64,000 nucleotides of DNA from Parcubacteria group bacterium (GTDB lineage: Bacteria; Patescibacteriota; Microgenomatia; UBA1400; PJMF01). Both the position numbers and the translations under genes were made by a program. The notes under the pieces were generated by a model that was not told the origin of the DNA, did no database searches, and was given only the letters and a program-made list of their open reading frames with translations. Each line of letters starts with the position of its first letter. Within the stretch, counting starts at the first letter, position 1. Below are positions 17,201-25,322 of this stretch, one piece after another. Location: positions 2,061-66,060 of the forward strand of contig CALQZX010000002.1 in assembly GCA_943350175.1 (NCBI GenBank), in the 5' to 3' direction.

Positions 17201-19056
17201 TTTTGGAAGGGTATAAGCAGAAATTTGAATCTGTTGCAGATCAGAGTGAGTTGATAGCTCTTTTAACAAAAGATGAAAATGCTGCTCCAGCTTTTTATCT
17301 TTTAAATAATGGCAGAGTAACCTTTGATTTGGTTAACAATTACAGCTTTGATAAATTTAAAGAAATGCTGGAGTTAATTGGAAAATTGCAAATCCATGAA
17401 CAGCCAATTCTAGAATTTAGAACAGCTTTGATTAGTAGTGGTATGACTAGCGCACAGGCAGATCAAATAATTAATAATCTCAAGCATGGCTCTCCTCCTT
17501 TTGGCAAAAATAATGGTGAACTAATTAGGCTAGATGTCTCAGACACGACTAAATTGAAAGATGCCAATAGGGAACTTTCTGAGGTGCTCGGTAGTGAGCA
17601 GATAGGTGTTAGTCTTAAAATTCCACAATATCGAAAATATTTAGAGACGAGCAGTCATTTGCAGGCTAAGAATTATCTTAAAAAACTTGCCAATGTTAAC
17701 GCTTTAGCTGAAGCATCTACACTAGTTAAAGAAATAGAAAAAGTTTTTTCTGATTTTGAGACTAGTCTAATCTCCGACCTTAGTGGTAAATGGGATCATT
17801 TTAGACAAAAGGGAATCTTGCCTCTCACTTTTGAAAGTATTTTGAAAAGTAATACTAATCCAGTCAATGGCGAAGAAGTGATTCAAGCTTTGGAACAGAA
17901 TCGTTCAGCTCTAAAAAGAGCTAGAATAGATATTATTGATGCTTTGAAGCACGAAAGCCCAGAGATTAATAAGTTGCAAATAGAGCTTAAGAAGAAGCAA
18001 GCTGCCAAAGAAAAACTAAATGATAATTTGGAAAAAAGTCCCGGTAATGCCAGGATTATTGGGCAAATAGAGTCTATCGATCGAGACTTAACTTTGCTTC
18101 AGCAAAATCTTCAACAAGTTAAAACTAATCCTGTTGCCAGAAGATATGATCATTTATCTGAACAAGAAAAAAAAGGATTGTTTGAAAACACAAAAAAAGA
18201 ACTTGAAGGTTTGGCACAAAAAGATTCTAGTCTGGTTTTGCTTGATATTATTGTCGAAATGATTGGACTTGAAAACTTGAATGAAGGAGAAATTGTTTTA
18301 ATTAAGGAAGTTGCTTCTCACTTAGAATCACCCATTCACGCCATTACTGATTTAGCTAAACTTGACGTTAGTTTTAAAAGAAGACAGCGCAAAGAAGCAA
18401 GGTTGAGGCTCTTGGATAAAAAGGATGATTTGATTACTATGTTGAGATTTGCCGACTCAAAAATCTGTTGTTTTTCCAGTTCAAATTATGAAATGAGAGT
18501 GGCTCATGGAGTGCCAAATAAAGAATGGGTGGCCTCAATTAATAAAGATCCATTGTCTTTTGTTTTCCAAATTGAGGAATTGAAAGATGATGAAAATGGT
18601 AAAACTAAAAACTTGGGTTTTGTTTTTGGTTCATTTGGTGTTTCAAGTGATGGCTTACCAGTAGTTCTCTTGAATGGAATTTATTTCTCTGAAGGAAATG
18701 ATCTTAGTTCAGTTCAAAGCATTCTTCGCTCTGTTGAGAGTCAGTTATCTGAGCCGATCAAAGCACAGTATCAGCTTTTAGCATCTAAATATGGTGGTTC
18801 ACTATCTGGCCAATTGCCTGGTTATGATGGTAAAGCAGTAACGGTCAAAAGGCTTCGAGCCTTGAAAGGCAGAAATGATGGGCCAGAGACAATTATTTAC
18901 GATGATCTTGGTACAGCCATTAATCAATTTCTAGATTATTCTGGAAGTAATAGTGTTACTCATAAGCAATTTGGTGATAAAATTAGGCCTGCTAGACAAC
19001 TTTACAATAGGCTTATGGCAAAGTTTAGTTCTCTAGTGCCAAGATGGAGTGCCTAA
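14209..19056 (+). CDS. giant (~1616 aa) predominantly alpha-helical/TPR-like protein with a distinct C-terminal ~300 aa domain; function unknown
   Basis: single uninterrupted ORF (track 14170 GTG; first ATG 14209); repetitive Leu/Ala/Glu/Lys-rich helical sequence; C-terminal CCFSSSNYEMRVAHG segment. Confidence 0.6.
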   Translation: MNEATENTEKTGKEPISLAERSLNMVSFQSLNASALKILRTEFSDTLQHSSTFSYKEIFRKLTLAQALIKNGDPLGAKDALANIDIEETEEKDLLRLADLYFQIGEKAEALKIADEIIENERGTKAVFLAESLTNLLSANEALDLDMVIKIIGAICNEAVQSSLINRYLNEQNSADIYQFITLILGKIKLPPRNQITLCLRAKDACLNNNQLDLAKEMATKALEIANNLESSIGKFYAICDIAIEQNSEAKILSAEKAIQQMKELIELIENKEVESHEVFTRGDDVSQINMYFASFLLQEGMIAEAEVVLEKISMSAQKENTMLMIARKYAEKGDKISAKRLIAEAGKFGWEDKGFRGNGWNKDHPLPVSIAKTQMLIGDLQSAIKTLYGIIPGLIQESQKEKNKQDVSWVNELLKQNAPREFKSLDISYRYFYQTVMELSNEGHIEQAILLLAKYPKFIDASSVYSEERVIVLNQITALQIKLNQPVTTKLALRNMSSFLQEHLLSNQEALLSHEDAFNNLIAVAKIQSTLPDKDGLIETLQLAEKFTDQDSSKDMAQSMITLAELWLLVPQKDKAIRQADKALLLCEFNFDFDADCLPGEAYSIFLANKTNLLKIYGLFQNLGENDKASKLIEYIAVAVIKFENEIQKRERREIRKTSTLTRWNNEWPLSKDCFEVGNMLLNSGNMTVAREIMSLVARKVQNGDFEASSFIAINEKIVDLLTNKKELLSEQIDYQSLKNKILINGGLNVQLLTEVGSFAEKDAIEQLLSLVPPEQLKLARQIVYQSAVKNETIFWRTNQDTILKNTISLLMEAIANKNIEETTLIEYLLGTIHLLNSKEAKDALLGLARSLVNQENIQHDEFSNPHFMRILKTLAELDTFRGNDLIFATAADENLPDDCSIDLFDKLIENKYLQFNINFWLRNRKAKRTELDKISGRVRLSAEQELQQGKIELAAAKMICRLGAVPSIYIYDYLLDRKEEDLYELTLEEVSKRIKLLEGYKQKFESVADQSELIALLTKDENAAPAFYLLNNGRVTFDLVNNYSFDKFKEMLELIGKLQIHEQPILEFRTALISSGMTSAQADQIINNLKHGSPPFGKNNGELIRLDVSDTTKLKDANRELSEVLGSEQIGVSLKIPQYRKYLETSSHLQAKNYLKKLANVNALAEASTLVKEIEKVFSDFETSLISDLSGKWDHFRQKGILPLTFESILKSNTNPVNGEEVIQALEQNRSALKRARIDIIDALKHESPEINKLQIELKKKQAAKEKLNDNLEKSPGNARIIGQIESIDRDLTLLQQNLQQVKTNPVARRYDHLSEQEKKGLFENTKKELEGLAQKDSSLVLLDIIVEMIGLENLNEGEIVLIKEVASHLESPIHAITDLAKLDVSFKRRQRKEARLRLLDKKDDLITMLRFADSKICCFSSSNYEMRVAHGVPNKEWVASINKDPLSFVFQIEELKDDENGKTKNLGFVFGSFGVSSDGLPVVLLNGIYFSEGNDLSSVQSILRSVESQLSEPIKAQYQLLASKYGGSLSGQLPGYDGKAVTVKRLRALKGRNDGPETIIYDDLGTAINQFLDYSGSNSVTHKQFGDKIRPARQLYNRLMAKFSSLVPRWSA

Positions 19057-19092
19057 TAGTTATTCAGAGTCTGCTTGTGCTATCATTAATTA

Positions 19093-19485
19093 ATGCTCAA
19101 ACAATTTTTGGTTGCTTTCCTCACCTTTTTAGCTATTGATGGCCTTTGGCTCACAGTCGTCGCCAAAGATTTCTATGCCAAACATCTTGGTTTCATCATG
19201 ACTAAAACTCCCAATCTCACCGCAGCTTTGCTCTTTTATGTAATCTACATCTTTACCATGGTAGTACTTATTATTTCTCCAGCTTTGCAAAAAGGCTCGC
19301 TCATGACAGCAATTCTCACAGGAGCTCTCTTTGGTCTTTGCGCTTATGCCACTTATGATTTGACTAATCTAGCCACTCTCAAAGATTGGCCTCTTCTCGT
19401 TACCATCGTCGATTTAATCTGGGGCACAGTTCTTTCAGCTTCAGTCGCAGGAATAAGTTACTTAATTTTAACTAAGTTACTATGA
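19093..19485 (+). CDS. small 4-TM membrane protein (DUF2177-like)
   Basis: 130 aa, four hydrophobic segments; ATGA overlap with the next gene. Confidence 0.45.
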   Translation: MLKQFLVAFLTFLAIDGLWLTVVAKDFYAKHLGFIMTKTPNLTAALLFYVIYIFTMVVLIISPALQKGSLMTAILTGALFGLCAYATYDLTNLATLKDWPLLVTIVDLIWGTVLSASVAGISYLILTKLL

Positions 19486-20201
19486 TTATTAGTGCTTTAA
19501 TCATTTGGTTTTACATGACAGCTTGGTATTTTGCTGCTTTATTGAAGAAAAGAAATGATATCGCCGACGTGGCTTGGGGACTGGGTTTTATCTTGGTTGC
19601 TTTTTCTAGTTTCATTTTATCGCCATCCTTCAAATTGTTAATTTCGTTGTCGCTAATTTCCATCTGGGGTATTCGTTTGGCAGCTCATATTTATAAGCGC
19701 AATAAAAACAAAAAAGAGGATAAGCGTTATGAACAATTCAAAAGCAGCCCTTATCTAAAAGTCTTCGTCACCCAAGGTTTTTTCATGTGGTTGATTTGCT
19801 GGCCAGTGATTAATTCCACTGGAATTTTGCAGTGGTTCAATTTGCTTGGTATTTTAATTTGGTTGTTTGGCTTTTATTTTGAATCTAGAGCTGACAGAGA
19901 ATTAAGAGCCTTCATCAGCAACAAGGACAATAAAGGCAAAGTCATGCAAAGTGGTCTGTGGTCGCTCAGTCGCCACCCAAATTATTTTGGTGAAGTAACG
20001 ATGTGGTGGGGAATTTGGCTATTAAATATGAATGGCAATTGGTGGACTGTCATTGGTCCTTTGACCATCACTTTTTTGATCTTAAAAGTCTCCGGTGTGC
20101 CTATGCTTGAAAAGCGCTATGAAGGCAACCAAGATTTTGAGGAATATAAGAAAAGAGTCTCGGTTTTTATTCCATGGTGGCCAAAGAAATCAAAGGAGTA
20201 G
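19482..20201 (+). CDS. DUF1295 / ICMT / steroid-5-alpha-reductase-family membrane methyltransferase-like protein
   Basis: WSLSRHPNYFGE motif characteristic of the family. Confidence 0.55.
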   Translation: MIISALIIWFYMTAWYFAALLKKRNDIADVAWGLGFILVAFSSFILSPSFKLLISLSLISIWGIRLAAHIYKRNKNKKEDKRYEQFKSSPYLKVFVTQGFFMWLICWPVINSTGILQWFNLLGILIWLFGFYFESRADRELRAFISNKDNKGKVMQSGLWSLSRHPNYFGEVTMWWGIWLLNMNGNWWTVIGPLTITFLILKVSGVPMLEKRYEGNQDFEEYKKRVSVFIPWWPKKSKE

Positions 20202-20207
20202 GAATTT

Positions 20208-21011
20208 ATGAAAAATCTGTTTTTAAAAATCTTCGTCGCCGTTTCTTATTTATTAATGATTGTTGTCAACGCTCTAGCTAATATTTTGCCAATCAATGGC
20301 AATAACACTGGTGAAGTTTCCAATGCTTATCCAAATCTATTTGCTCCAGCTGCCATCACCTTTTCCATTTGGGGTTTGATCTACGCTCTTTTAGCTGCTT
20401 ACACTCTTTATCAATTTGGTTTATTTCAAAAAGATCATGGTAAAAGTCGTGCTGAATTATTTAAAAAGATTGGCACTTATTTCAGTCTCACTTCCGTAGC
20501 CAACATCCTATGGATTTTCTCTTGGCACTATCGTTTGATTGGCTTGTCTTTATTGCTCATGCTAGTGATTTTGTTTTATTTAATTAAAATCGCTGACCTA
20601 CTTAGAAAGCAAAAATTCTCCAGCAAAGAAACCTTTTTTATCAAAGTTCCTTTTAGTATTTATTTTGGCTGGATCACCGTTGCCACTATTGCCAATGTGA
20701 CCACTTTCTTAGTTAGTCTCAACTGGAATGGCTTTGGCTTACCAGATCAACTTTGGACGATAATAATTTTATTAGTGGGGGCAGCGATTGGGATTCTTAG
20801 AACTATCAAAGATAAAAATATATTCTACGGCGTTGTTTTGATTTGGGCGTATTTTGGAATCTTAGTTAAGCACACTGCTGTTGATGGATTTAATTCTCAG
20901 CATCCAATGGTGATTGGAGCTGTTTTTGTATGTCTAACTTCTTTCTTAGTGGCGAATGGATTAGTTTTATTTAAAAATATATTCCCTGCAAAAAATCGTA
21001 GGCATGAGTAG
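20208..21011 (+). CDS. polytopic membrane protein, unknown function
   Basis: RBS GGAG; 6-7 hydrophobic segments. Confidence 0.45.
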   Translation: MKNLFLKIFVAVSYLLMIVVNALANILPINGNNTGEVSNAYPNLFAPAAITFSIWGLIYALLAAYTLYQFGLFQKDHGKSRAELFKKIGTYFSLTSVANILWIFSWHYRLIGLSLLLMLVILFYLIKIADLLRKQKFSSKETFFIKVPFSIYFGWITVATIANVTTFLVSLNWNGFGLPDQLWTIIILLVGAAIGILRTIKDKNIFYGVVLIWAYFGILVKHTAVDGFNSQHPMVIGAVFVCLTSFLVANGLVLFKNIFPAKNRRHE

Positions 21012-21561
21012 CTAGATAAGCTAGGGAAATATTGAAAACAAGATTTCCTAATCCCAGCGAAATAATGACTTTCCAAAATGGGTATCTTAATAACCCAGAA
21101 GTTATGGCGATAAAGTCGTTGGAAAGTGGAATAAGAGAGCCATAGAGAAAGCAAAAAACTGGGAATAATTTTGGATAATTCATTATAAATACATTGAGTT
21201 TACTAAAAAAGCTTGTGAAGCGCGTGGGGATAAATGCACTCCCATTATGCCCCAGAAAATATGAGGTTGAATCGCCCAGAGCTACCCCAAGTGCTGTTAC
21301 TGTTCCGAGTATAAATGGATTGAGTCCTCCAAGAGCCAGGGTAATTAGAATCAGATGGTAAGGAATGCCACTAAAAGTAGTTAATCCGCCAATTAGTGCC
21401 AATAAAAATATTAATAGATATGCGTTATCGACTCCGATGATAGTGATTAGTTTTTCAGGTGTAATGAAAAAATAAAATGATATGGATAATGAAACCGCGA
21501 CTAATATTGGTAGTAATCCAATCAGGTATTTTGTTTGAAAAAAGCTTTTCTTTTTTATCAC
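20971..21561 (-). CDS. DedA/YqaA (VTT-domain) family membrane protein
   Basis: GGLTTFSGIPYHLILITLALGGLNP...GDSTSYFLG pattern. Confidence 0.45.
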   Translation of the reverse strand: MIKKKSFFQTKYLIGLLPILVAVSLSISFYFFITPEKLITIIGVDNAYLLIFLLALIGGLTTFSGIPYHLILITLALGGLNPFILGTVTALGVALGDSTSYFLGHNGSAFIPTRFTSFFSKLNVFIMNYPKLFPVFCFLYGSLIPLSNDFIAITSGLLRYPFWKVIISLGLGNLVFNISLAYLATHAYDFLQGIYF

Positions 21562-21563
21562 GG

Positions 21564-21905
21564 CTATTTTCTGCGGGGTGGAAATATTCTGATAATTTTT
21601 GCGTGAATGTTTCCTTGTGCATCGTAATCACCAATTACCAGCACATTGTCACCAATAACTAGACTTTTTTGATCGATTAATTCATGTTTTTTAAATATTT
21701 CTGTGTCTTTTTCGATGACTATCGTTTCTGCAATACTTTCTTTGTTAGAAATGCTTAATGAACTGTCTTGTATTGAGCTTATTTCACCAAAATATTGATT
21801 TTTTGCCCAGCGGCCAAAATTCATCGACTTAGTCCACATTAATAAGCCAGCAATGCCTATTAAAACAAAAATGAGAACAACGATGTTGCTTTTAACATTT
21901 TTCAT
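21564..21905 (-). CDS. small membrane-anchored protein, unknown
   Basis: N-terminal TM then soluble domain; directly downstream of the permease. Confidence 0.4.
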   Translation of the reverse strand: MKNVKSNIVVLIFVLIGIAGLLMWTKSMNFGRWAKNQYFGEISSIQDSSLSISNKESIAETIVIEKDTEIFKKHELIDQKSLVIGDNVLVIGDYDAQGNIHAKIIRIFPPRRK

Positions 21906-21921
21906 AATTATTAAATTAATT

Positions 21922-22905
21922 TTACACTAATCCGTTGAATAAAAACCCCATCACCATAATTCCAACAGTCGTAATTCCAAAAAAAGTCAAAAGTAGTGGC
22001 CATTTCATGGCCTTTTTCAGAATCAAAGCCTCTGGAATAGACAAGGTTACTGTGGCAGTCATGAAGGCCAAGGCAGTTCCAAGTGGTACGCCTTTACCAA
22101 TCAGCGCTTCCATGACTGGAATCACACTAACTGAATTGGCGTAAAGTGGAATACCAAGCAGCGTTGCTGCAGGCACATTCCACCAAGATTTCATGCCTAG
22201 GTATTTTTCAATCAAAGTTTGGGGGATGAAGCCATGAATAATTGCTCCAACTAAAACCCCCAAAATCACGTAGGGATAGACTTTTTTAGTAATCTCCAAG
22301 CCATCACTCCACCATAGCCCCAATCTTTCTTTAAGTGTTGGCTCCACACCTTCGTTTTCACTAAGCAGAGTGTTTCTATTTTTAAATTTAAGCAGAGCTG
22401 GCTCCACATATTTTTCCATATGCAGACGCTGGATTAACATACCTCCTGCAATACTAATGATAACTCCCACCAAGTTATAAAGAATAGTGGTTTTTAGACC
22501 AAATATACTAGGAAATAAAAATAGTGAGGATTCATTAATTAATGGAGAAGCGATCAAAAAAGCAAAAGTAATACCCAGTGGTACGCCAGCGCTTAGGAAA
22601 CCAATAAATAAAGGAATTGAGGAGCAAGAACAAAATGGCGTCACCATCCCTAGCAGGACAGCAAATAAATAATCCAAGCCAAACCAGCGTCTTTTAGTTA
22701 GCAGATCACGGACTTTTTCCATTGGAAAATAGTAGCGAGTGATGGCCATGACGTAATTAATTACCAATAACAGCAAGCCAATTTTAATCACATCGTAAAT
22801 AAAGAAATTGACGCTGTCGCCCCAGTAAGAGCCTTCAGCAATCTTCATCAACTGGTAGGTGACTAAATCAGCCAATGATTGAATGGGTAAAAAGATATCA
22901 ATCAT
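21922..22905 (-). CDS. ArsP-like / DUF318 permease with TPFCSCS motif
   Basis: MVTPFCSCSSIPLF matches the conserved TPFCSCS motif of organoarsenical permease ArsP; ~8 TM. Confidence 0.6.
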   Translation of the reverse strand: MIDIFLPIQSLADLVTYQLMKIAEGSYWGDSVNFFIYDVIKIGLLLLVINYVMAITRYYFPMEKVRDLLTKRRWFGLDYLFAVLLGMVTPFCSCSSIPLFIGFLSAGVPLGITFAFLIASPLINESSLFLFPSIFGLKTTILYNLVGVIISIAGGMLIQRLHMEKYVEPALLKFKNRNTLLSENEGVEPTLKERLGLWWSDGLEITKKVYPYVILGVLVGAIIHGFIPQTLIEKYLGMKSWWNVPAATLLGIPLYANSVSVIPVMEALIGKGVPLGTALAFMTATVTLSIPEALILKKAMKWPLLLTFFGITTVGIMVMGFLFNGLV

Positions 22906-23190
22906 TTAGCAGTTTCCTCCGCAACTACATTTATGTGGTTTATCCTCTGTTTTTTCACCACCACTGATTACTTCCTTAATTTTCTCTAAACTTGGCAAAA
23001 ATCCCACCAAAGCTGGCTTGCCATCTACTGCTAGCACTGGACTACTCATCACACCCATTTCAATAATCTTAGAAACATCGGTGATATATTCTACTTCTGC
23101 TTTTAGTTTCAATTCTGCCACTGCTTGTTTGGTCAGCTCAAATAATTTTTTACATTTGGCACAGCCTGAACCTAAAACTTGAATTTTCAT
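22906..23190 (-). CDS. thioredoxin-fold redox-active disulfide protein 2-like (CxxC)
   Basis: 94 aa; GSGCAKCKK N-terminal CxxC and C-terminal CSCGGNC; abuts the permease with no gap. Confidence 0.55.
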   Translation of the reverse strand: MKIQVLGSGCAKCKKLFELTKQAVAELKLKAEVEYITDVSKIIEMGVMSSPVLAVDGKPALVGFLPSLEKIKEVISGGEKTEDKPHKCSCGGNC

Positions 23191-23302
23191 AAGTTCATTT
23201 TACATCTTTTTCCAGATTAAAAAACTCCGTGAAAGAAAAAATCCTCTATTTCAGTATTACAGGTAGATAGTAAAAATTATCCTTTTTGAAAGGAGGACGA
23301 TT

Positions 23303-23686
23303 ATGAATAAAAAAACTATGTTTTTGGGTGTCACTGCCTTGGTAGTTGGCGCAGCCACTTTGCTTCCTCAGGCAGCCCTCGCTTATAGAGGCGACGCAAG
23401 TGTGCAGGGCCCAAATTACACACAAGAGCGTCATGAAGCAATGACGGAAGCTTTTGCCAATAAAGACTACAATGCTTGGAAAGCATTGATGGATGGCAAA
23501 GGAGCTTTAAATCGCATTACTGCTGAGAATTTCCCAAAATTCGCAGAAGCTCATCAGTTATCTTTAGAGGGTAAAACAGCTGAAGCTGCTGCCCTTCGAG
23601 CAGAACTGGGACTTGGTCAGCAAAATGGATCAGGCATGGGTCAAGGCAACAAACAAGGTAATGGTCAAGGTAGAATGAATCGTTAA
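23303..23686 (+). CDS. secreted low-complexity protein (signal peptide; Gln/Gly/Asn-rich C-terminus)
   Basis: RBS AAAGGAGG; hydrophobic N-terminus. Confidence 0.5.
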   Translation: MNKKTMFLGVTALVVGAATLLPQAALAYRGDASVQGPNYTQERHEAMTEAFANKDYNAWKALMDGKGALNRITAENFPKFAEAHQLSLEGKTAEAAALRAELGLGQQNGSGMGQGNKQGNGQGRMNR

Positions 23687-23701
23687 TTCTTTGTTTAAAG
23701 C

Positions 23702-23745
23702 TGGCGCCTCGCCCAGCATATCTTTCAGATATTGGCGAGGCGCCA
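23702..23745 (+). terminator. perfect 12-bp GC-rich hairpin (UGGCGCCUCGCC/GGCGAGGCGCCA) with a nested 5-bp stem; no U-tract
   Basis: inverted repeat read directly; between the 23686 stop and the ECF sigma gene. Confidence 0.4.
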
Positions 23746-23779
23746 AACATCAAAATAATATAAAATTATTATCAATATC

Positions 23780-24322
23780 ATGCCAAACTTTTCCAAGTTA
23801 ACCGATGAGGAAATTGTCAAAATTGTGCGAAGCAGCGATCAGGAAGCTTATGCTTTTTTGATCAAAAGATATGAGAAGAAATTAACTCGCTACGCTAGTT
23901 ACCTCGTCAACGACGAGAATTTAGCTGCTGATATTGTTCAAGAAAGTTTTATCAAAGCTTACATCAATCTCAACAGCTTCAATCTTAAAAAGAAATTCTC
24001 AAGTTGGGTTTACCGCATTGTTCACAATCAAGCCATGACACTTATCAATAAAAACAAGCAGCATCAACCAATAGATGATGCTTTTGAAGTAGAAAGCGGA
24101 GTTAGTTTAGAAGATGATTTGCTCAAAAAAGAACTAGCCAAAAGGATTCACGATTGTCTCAAACAAATGTCCGTTTTATATAAGGAGCCACTCTCGCTTT
24201 TTTATTTGGAAGAAAAAACTTATGAGGAAATTAGTGATATTTTAAGAATTCCAACTGGCACAGTTGGCACTCGTATTAATCGAGCCAAAGTTATGGTCAA
24301 AAAAATATGTCAAAAAATCTAG
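23780..24322 (+). CDS. ECF-type RNA polymerase sigma factor
   Basis: sigma-70 region 2 (IVQESFIKAY...WVYRIVHN) and region 4 (YEEISDILRIPTGTVGTRINRAK). Confidence 0.8.
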   Translation: MPNFSKLTDEEIVKIVRSSDQEAYAFLIKRYEKKLTRYASYLVNDENLAADIVQESFIKAYINLNSFNLKKKFSSWVYRIVHNQAMTLINKNKQHQPIDDAFEVESGVSLEDDLLKKELAKRIHDCLKQMSVLYKEPLSLFYLEEKTYEEISDILRIPTGTVGTRINRAKVMVKKICQKI

Positions 24323-24804
24323 AAAAAAACATTATGACCAAGGTTAAATCTGGTCAAATAACAATGAAGCCACGTTGGTATTTCGTTTTGGGTTCATTGT
24401 TGATGAGTTTTGGATTAATTGGTTTGAGTATTGGTGCAATATTCTTGACGAATCTAAGCTTTTTCTTTTTGCGCCAACATGGGCCAATGGGCGAATGGAG
24501 ATTGCAGTTGATGCTAGAGTCTTTTCCATGGTGGATTCCTATCTTAGCGATTTTGGGAATTGTCGCAGGAATATTTTTTCTCAAAAAGTTTGACCTTTCA
24601 TACAAGAAAAATTTTTCCCTAATTATTACTGCTTTTGTAGCAGCAATTGTTTTAGCTGCTTTCATCATTGATCTAACAGGTATTAATGATGTCTGGTTCG
24701 GGCAGGGAAGAATGAAAGGGCTCTATCAATTCAATCAAAATGATTGGCCAGGTCAACAAAGCCAACCAAAACAACAAGGAAGAAGAGTTCGTTTTACTTA
24801 TTAG
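24307..24804 (+). CDS. polytopic membrane protein, putative anti-sigma factor
   Basis: overlaps the sigma gene stop; 4 TM segments. Confidence 0.4.
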   Translation: MSKNLEKNIMTKVKSGQITMKPRWYFVLGSLLMSFGLIGLSIGAIFLTNLSFFFLRQHGPMGEWRLQLMLESFPWWIPILAILGIVAGIFFLKKFDLSYKKNFSLIITAFVAAIVLAAFIIDLTGINDVWFGQGRMKGLYQFNQNDWPGQQSQPKQQGRRVRFTY

Positions 24805-24837
24805 TAGTAAAAGTTTATTATAAAAATAGGTTGAATT

Positions 24838-25320
24838 ATGAACAAAAAAAATCTCTTTTTAGTCGCATTAGTAATTGCTACAGCAGCTGGAGCTTATTAT
24901 TTTTATCAAAATAACAAACAGGCAACCCCTTCAGCAATCCTTCAGGAAAATGTTGTTGCTCCTAGCAGGCCAGCCGAAATCAATGGTTCTATTTTGTCAG
25001 CTCTAGGTAATGAAATAAAAGTTGCCAAAGAAGTTGGTAAGCCAATCTTAACTGAAGAAGAGCAAGCGGCTAAAAAAGTTGCGATGCAGAAAATGTCTCC
25101 AGAAGAGAGAGCTGCTGCCAAAGCTGAGGAGTCAGCTAATTTAGAAACTGAAGAAATTTCTTTGTTTGTTCCAGTGGGTGTAATTATTAGTAAAGGCACT
25201 GGTGATGCAAGCGGAAACACGATCAATGCTGAGATTGCTGAACTACAAAAAGGTATCTATGTTTCAATTTGGACCAATGAAAATAATGAAATTGAATATA
25301 TTAAAATTAAAGGTAGCTAA
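24838..25320 (+). CDS. secreted/lipo-anchored protein, unknown
   Basis: signal anchor; first gene of the efflux cluster. Confidence 0.4.
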   Translation: MNKKNLFLVALVIATAAGAYYFYQNNKQATPSAILQENVVAPSRPAEINGSILSALGNEIKVAKEVGKPILTEEEQAAKKVAMQKMSPEERAAAKAEESANLETEEISLFVPVGVIISKGTGDASGNTINAEIAELQKGIYVSIWTNENNEIEYIKIKGS

Positions 25321-25322
25321 AA

